Source of the DNA: an uncultured delta proteobacterium
GTDB taxonomy: Bacteria; Desulfobacterota; Binatia; UBA9968
Direction: 5' to 3'
Assembly (NCBI GenBank): GCA_963755715.1
Contig: CAVWLW010000069.1
Coordinates: forward strand, 96,001 to 160,000
DNA: 64,000 bases
Positions 60,901 through 64,000 of the stretch are shown in pieces. How positions within the stretch are numbered: the stretch's first letter is position 1; each line of letters begins with the position of its first letter. The position numbers and the translations under genes were made by a program. The notes beneath the pieces were generated by a model. The model did not search any database. It saw nothing but the letters and a program-made list of their open reading frames with translations, and was not told where the DNA came from.

Positions 60901-61890
60901 CGCACTTTGCGATGCTTCGGCAAACAAAGCCGCAACGGGATCGCTCAAGCCGGAATAAATCACGCCAGCCAGCCACTCGATCAAGTCGCCGGTCGGGCCG
61001 CCGTTGGACTCGAGTGTCCAGCGTTCCTCAACGACATGATGCGATGTCCAGACGCGCGCCTCTGGATCGATGAGCTTGGTATTGACTACCCATTGGAGCG
61101 GCATCGTCGAACCAGCGATGATGCCCATTTGGCCTGGATCAATCACGCCCGCGCCAAGCAGCCCGCACTGTGTATCGCCACCGCCGGTAACGACGGAAAT
61201 GCCTGGAAGCAGACCTAAATGATGAGCGGCATCCTCGAGAAGGGGCCCAAGCACACTCCCTGACGCCGCTATCTCTGGAAACAGATGTCGTGGTAATCCA
61301 AGCGACCCAATGAGATCATCCGCCCATCGCCTTGGGCCTATCTCGAACAGCCCGCTTTCGCTTGCCACAGACGGTTCGACTACCATCTTTCCCGACAGTC
61401 GGTATGCCAACCAATCGCTTAGCGCCAATACCGCGTGCGCTCGAGATAGAAGCTCCGGCTCAGAGTCCGCAATCCACAACAGGCGGGAAACTGTAAACAG
61501 CGGCGCCGGAAAATGGCCGGTACGCTCGTGAAACTCGCGCCCTCGCTCACTGGCCAGCTGAAGGGATTGCATCGAACCACGCGCATCTCGCGTCGGGGTT
61601 GCGAGCAATGCCTCTCCTCGGGCATCAACCAGCACCGACCCGTGGCGCATGCCCGTGGTAGAGACCGCCAAAACATCTTGCGGTCGTGCGCCGATCTTGA
61701 TCATCGCCTCATGCGCCGCATCACCGAAGAGACGCCACACTTCGAGAGTATCGAGGTCGTAACCAAATCCGGCGGTCATCCGATGATGCAATGGCCGGCG
61801 CGCGCTGATCACCGCGCCAGAATCCACGTCAAGAAGCAAGCAGCGGATTTTTTTGCCGCCGAGGTCGAGCCCCATTAGGTACTGCGCCAC
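57904..61890 (-). CDS. Four-domain fusion: FGGY kinase + D-2-hydroxyacid dehydrogenase + SCP2 + class II aldolase
   Basis: GLDLGG/GGGDTQ/LAGG (FGGY); GLGAVG/NTARA/DVFPVEP/TPHIGG (D2-HDH); GPKAAMTGKLSFIGD (SCP2); GGNVS/PSSE..LH/HSH/LQNHG (class II aldolase); AGGAGG RBS before GTG. Confidence 0.88.
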   Translation of the reverse strand: MAQYLMGLDLGGKKIRCLLLDVDSGAVISARRPLHHRMTAGFGYDLDTLEVWRLFGDAAHEAMIKIGARPQDVLAVSTTGMRHGSVLVDARGEALLATPTRDARGSMQSLQLASERGREFHERTGHFPAPLFTVSRLLWIADSEPELLSRAHAVLALSDWLAYRLSGKMVVEPSVASESGLFEIGPRRWADDLIGSLGLPRHLFPEIAASGSVLGPLLEDAAHHLGLLPGISVVTGGGDTQCGLLGAGVIDPGQMGIIAGSTMPLQWVVNTKLIDPEARVWTSHHVVEERWTLESNGGPTGDLIEWLAGVIYSGLSDPVAALFAEASQSAVGAEGIVSTLGAEIFDASHLRMPVGHLTLSPMLVAEDPSRRRHVSRAVVEGLAFAARGNIELLQKTAQNQPLESLRLAGGMSKSIFFAQLLSDVTGVPIEAVLVPECSALGAAICAGVGASLYSNIVEGAKRFASGRRSFLPDPHRRAAYQSHYDRWLEMRAARQKVDELAESSAIQAFIQQATKHSARDPFNSNAPRPNILVTASIDEQALAALRQLGEVRYEGFRENLRLLTGDDLIEALAGVQVFVTEVDAVDAEVLSKAPDLRVVVCCRSNAVNVDIEACTAHGVLVITTPARNADAVADLAVSFMLMLARKLPQATQFLHDPGEEGDVGRMGRAFEGLQGHELWHKTIGIVGLGAVGQCVAKRLQPFGARLIAHDPFLSPEKAVLLDVESVSLQELLAESDFITLHAAVTDESRPLLGPAEIEQMKPGAYLVNTARAALVDEAALVSALKNGRLAGAAVDVFPVEPPASDHPLLQLANVIATPHIGGNTFEVFSHQGAIVTANLADLLHDGRAANVANAEVLDHFSWIAPRPVPSTEILERLRQNSRPSVTDLPSSSTQTGSPPEASSVLHAATPRAAKKQSLLSGLKNAFLGSRSETIGPRNDHSLTHQDRTDSDLLNEVRTHMEQLLDIFTQRVNRDEKILSFAEGRRVTVRYELTDIKISFYTAFDQGAVRCGVGESPDKPQVTLKMKADILDKLFTGKENGPKAAMTGKLSFIGDTIKAMSLQRIQNDFNRLYTEARAEVKDLDAVFERVAYAELTQNNAPAGTLTMPAPSGADADRIVAGDIRAEVIRTVEEMYAHGLITATGGNVSVRIPGKHELWITPNSCFKGALRSDMLVRIDLEGNPIGDPPHAPSSERMLHCAVYRNNPNVGAVIHSHAPKATLLGLSDIPFLPISTEAAYIGEIPRIPFIMPGTAELADAVGAAVKDASAVILQNHGLIVRGPNLRQTIDMTLIIEQTANNLIACHMMGKIPPVLPDEVVAMLRSLGGMIA

Positions 61891-62040
61891 TGATTTCCTC
61901 CTGCCAATAGACCAACGATAACGTTAGCCGAGACAGCCAGCCAATTGAACAGCCTCTTAGCCCAATCGAAGATTGATTGTCCACTCACCGGGTTCGAGTG
62001 TGAGCAGTGTCGGGGATATTGCTTCGGTGGCATCCTTATA

Positions 62041-62074
62041 CTATGTACGAACTGAATGCTATGTACGAACTGAA
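62041..62074. repeat. Perfect 16-bp direct repeat with 18-bp period
   Basis: CTATGTACGAACTGAA-TG-CTATGTACGAACTGAA in the divergent intergenic region. Confidence 0.85.
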
Positions 62075-62149
62075 ATTTTTACTAAACGAGAGAGGCGTAA
62101 AGCTGTCTTTGAAGCGACGAGAACTTCTGAATCTCGGTTCTAAAGCCTG

Positions 62150-63055
62150 GTGAGGTTAATGTCGTACGGTTCTCTGTTTGGACGGTCTACAATTGAGGCC
62201 CGCCATGACAACTGGACGTCCTACCTCGACTTCATTCGCAAGACCTCCGGCGAGTTGCTCGAAGCGGACAAAGATTTAACCCATAAGCGGGAGCTGCTCA
62301 AGCAGCTGTCGGAGCCAGCGGTTCTCACGCGCCAGCCACTTGCTTCAGGGGAGGCCTTTTACCGCAATTGCGACAAGCTGCGCGATGATCCTCGCTCCCT
62401 CGACGAGAAAACGCTCACTCTCACTTGCATTTACAAGTTTGCGCGCCACGAGTGGGCCGGCATCGAGGCCGCTTGGAGCGCCGTTCCTACCCTCGACCAG
62501 TGCGACAACGTGCGCTCCCGAATTGCCCGCTACCACCTCGCCGAAGAGTTTTGTCATGTACGCTTGTTCGGCGAGATGTTTAAGACCTGTCGCCTCGATC
62601 ACGTCGAGTGGATTCCCATGCCGCGCTTCACGCGCTGGTTTTACGCGGCCATCGCGCGTTTCCCTTACGCCATTTTGGGAGCGCCGGCCCTCGCCTCAGA
62701 GCTGATGGGGGTGACTTTCTATTTTCATTTGAAGCCGCTCTTAAACGAAGTTTTTGCCGACGAACCCGAAGCCCTGGCACAACTCCAACGGCTGCTCGAA
62801 GTGATCACCCTCGACGAACTGTCACACATCGGCCAGCGCCGCAACTACTTGGGCGCCATCGCGATTCGTGTCGCACGGAGGCTACTATCGCCGATGATCC
62901 GATCGTATTTTGCCGACATTCCTGAGGCCAAGTTGCTTTTTAACGTCGATAAGATGGTGCAGGATGCGCGAGAGTTTGACTACAACCTTCTGTCGCCGCG
63001 CATCCTCGAGCGTATCTGGATCCCGAGCTACATTCTCGCCGCCAGAAGCGTGTAG
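62150..63055 (+). CDS. Ferritin-like diiron-carboxylate protein
   Basis: RHEW...EEFCH...ASELMG...DELSH gives the E/ExxH/E/ExxH pattern. Confidence 0.75.
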   Translation: MRLMSYGSLFGRSTIEARHDNWTSYLDFIRKTSGELLEADKDLTHKRELLKQLSEPAVLTRQPLASGEAFYRNCDKLRDDPRSLDEKTLTLTCIYKFARHEWAGIEAAWSAVPTLDQCDNVRSRIARYHLAEEFCHVRLFGEMFKTCRLDHVEWIPMPRFTRWFYAAIARFPYAILGAPALASELMGVTFYFHLKPLLNEVFADEPEALAQLQRLLEVITLDELSHIGQRRNYLGAIAIRVARRLLSPMIRSYFADIPEAKLLFNVDKMVQDAREFDYNLLSPRILERIWIPSYILAARSV

Positions 63056-63092
63056 CCACTGCGAACGCCTACGGCTTTCTACGAGAGCTTTT

Positions 63093-64000
63093 TCAGCGCA
63101 GCGATAGGCGAATCACGGCAGGATACGGCAGAGTGCTTTGGCAAGGGTCGGAACTAAGCGGAGTCGTATCAAGCGCGCGTCGTAACGATCTAACCATCGG
63201 GCATTCTCCGCTCAGCCCACCATTGGACTCAAGCGTCCAGCGCCCCTGAACGACATGGTGTGACGTCCACAAGCGCGCCTCATCATCAATGAGCCCGCGA
63301 TCGAGCACCCACTGCATTGGCATCGTCGAACCGGCGACAATACCCATCTCGCCCGAGTCAACGGCGTCCGCGCCAAGCAAACCACACTGCGCATCGCCGC
63401 CACCCGTGACGACTGGAATGCCCGGCTGCAAACCCAGGTGGGCAGCCGCATCTTTGCCGAGCGGCCCAAGCGCGGTGCCCGACGAGACTACCTCCGGAAA
63501 AAGATGTCGTGGTAAGCCCAGCGAGCGAATGAGATCATCTGCCCACCGTCTCGCGCTAACCTCGAACAGGCCACTTTCGCTCGCCACCGATGGCTCAGCG
63601 ACCATCTTTCCCGACAGCCGATACGCCAACCAATCGCTCAGTCCCAACACCGCGTGTGCCCGGCCGAGAAGCTCTGGCGCTGAGTCCGCCATCCACAATA
63701 GGCGCGAAGCCGTGAACAAGGGCGCGGGAAAGTGTCCGGTGCGCTCATGAAACTCGCGCCCGCGTTCGCCCGCCAGCTGAAGGCCTTGCAGCGCGCCGCG
63801 CCCGTCCCGCGTCGGGGTCGCAAGCAGCACTTCTCCTCTGGCATCCACCACTACCGACCCATGGCGCATGCCTGTGGTAGAGACCGCCAAGACATCCTGG
63901 GGCCGCGCACCGACCTTTGCCATCGCCTCGCATGTGGCTTCACCGAAAAAACGCCATACCTCGACGGTATCGAGGTCATAGCCGAATCCAGCTGTCATCC
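63093..64000 (-). pseudogene. 3'-truncated paralogue of the FGGY kinase domain (5' end outside window)
   Basis: Colinear with the fusion protein from MTAGFGYDLDT to WTLESNGG; similarity is lost near 63204. Confidence 0.7.

Noticed and set aside
1-64000. CRISPR array, rRNA, intact transposase or prophage genes
   Set aside because: No regularly spaced repeat-spacer array or recognisable such genes were seen.

Overview
GC-rich bacterial chromosomal segment. Gene content (hopanoid genes, CdaA, orphan EutA, sigma-54 promoters) is compatible with a deltaproteobacteria-like lineage such as Binatia; this is an inference. 0-26 kb: housekeeping and envelope genes (partial tryptophanase-family lyase, CutA-NUDIX fusion, hisI-hisG, carboxyltransferase, ferredoxin, EutA-like ATPase, MoxR/DUF58/VWA operon, qor, CdaA-YbbR). 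27-41 kb: glycogen/trehalose cluster glgB-treZ-glgX-treY-glgE-treS/mak. Four of these genes carry +1 frameshifts that look like sequencing errors. 41-51 kb: minus-strand block with four sigma-54-type promoters, a two-component pair, an archaeal-type GAPDH homologue and an unannotated 53-aa zinc-finger gene. 51.5-54.1 kb: decayed integrative element at tRNA-Sec that displaced the 5' half of the tRNA. 54-64 kb: hopanoid-linked locus (hpnH, hpnA, lipoprotein hydrolase) with a 1328-aa FGGY kinase/2-hydroxyacid dehydrogenase/SCP2/class II aldolase fusion, a diiron ferritin-like gene and a truncated kinase paralogue. This last locus is the best candidate for an undescribed pathway. All calls come from motif recognition by eye; no database searches were run.
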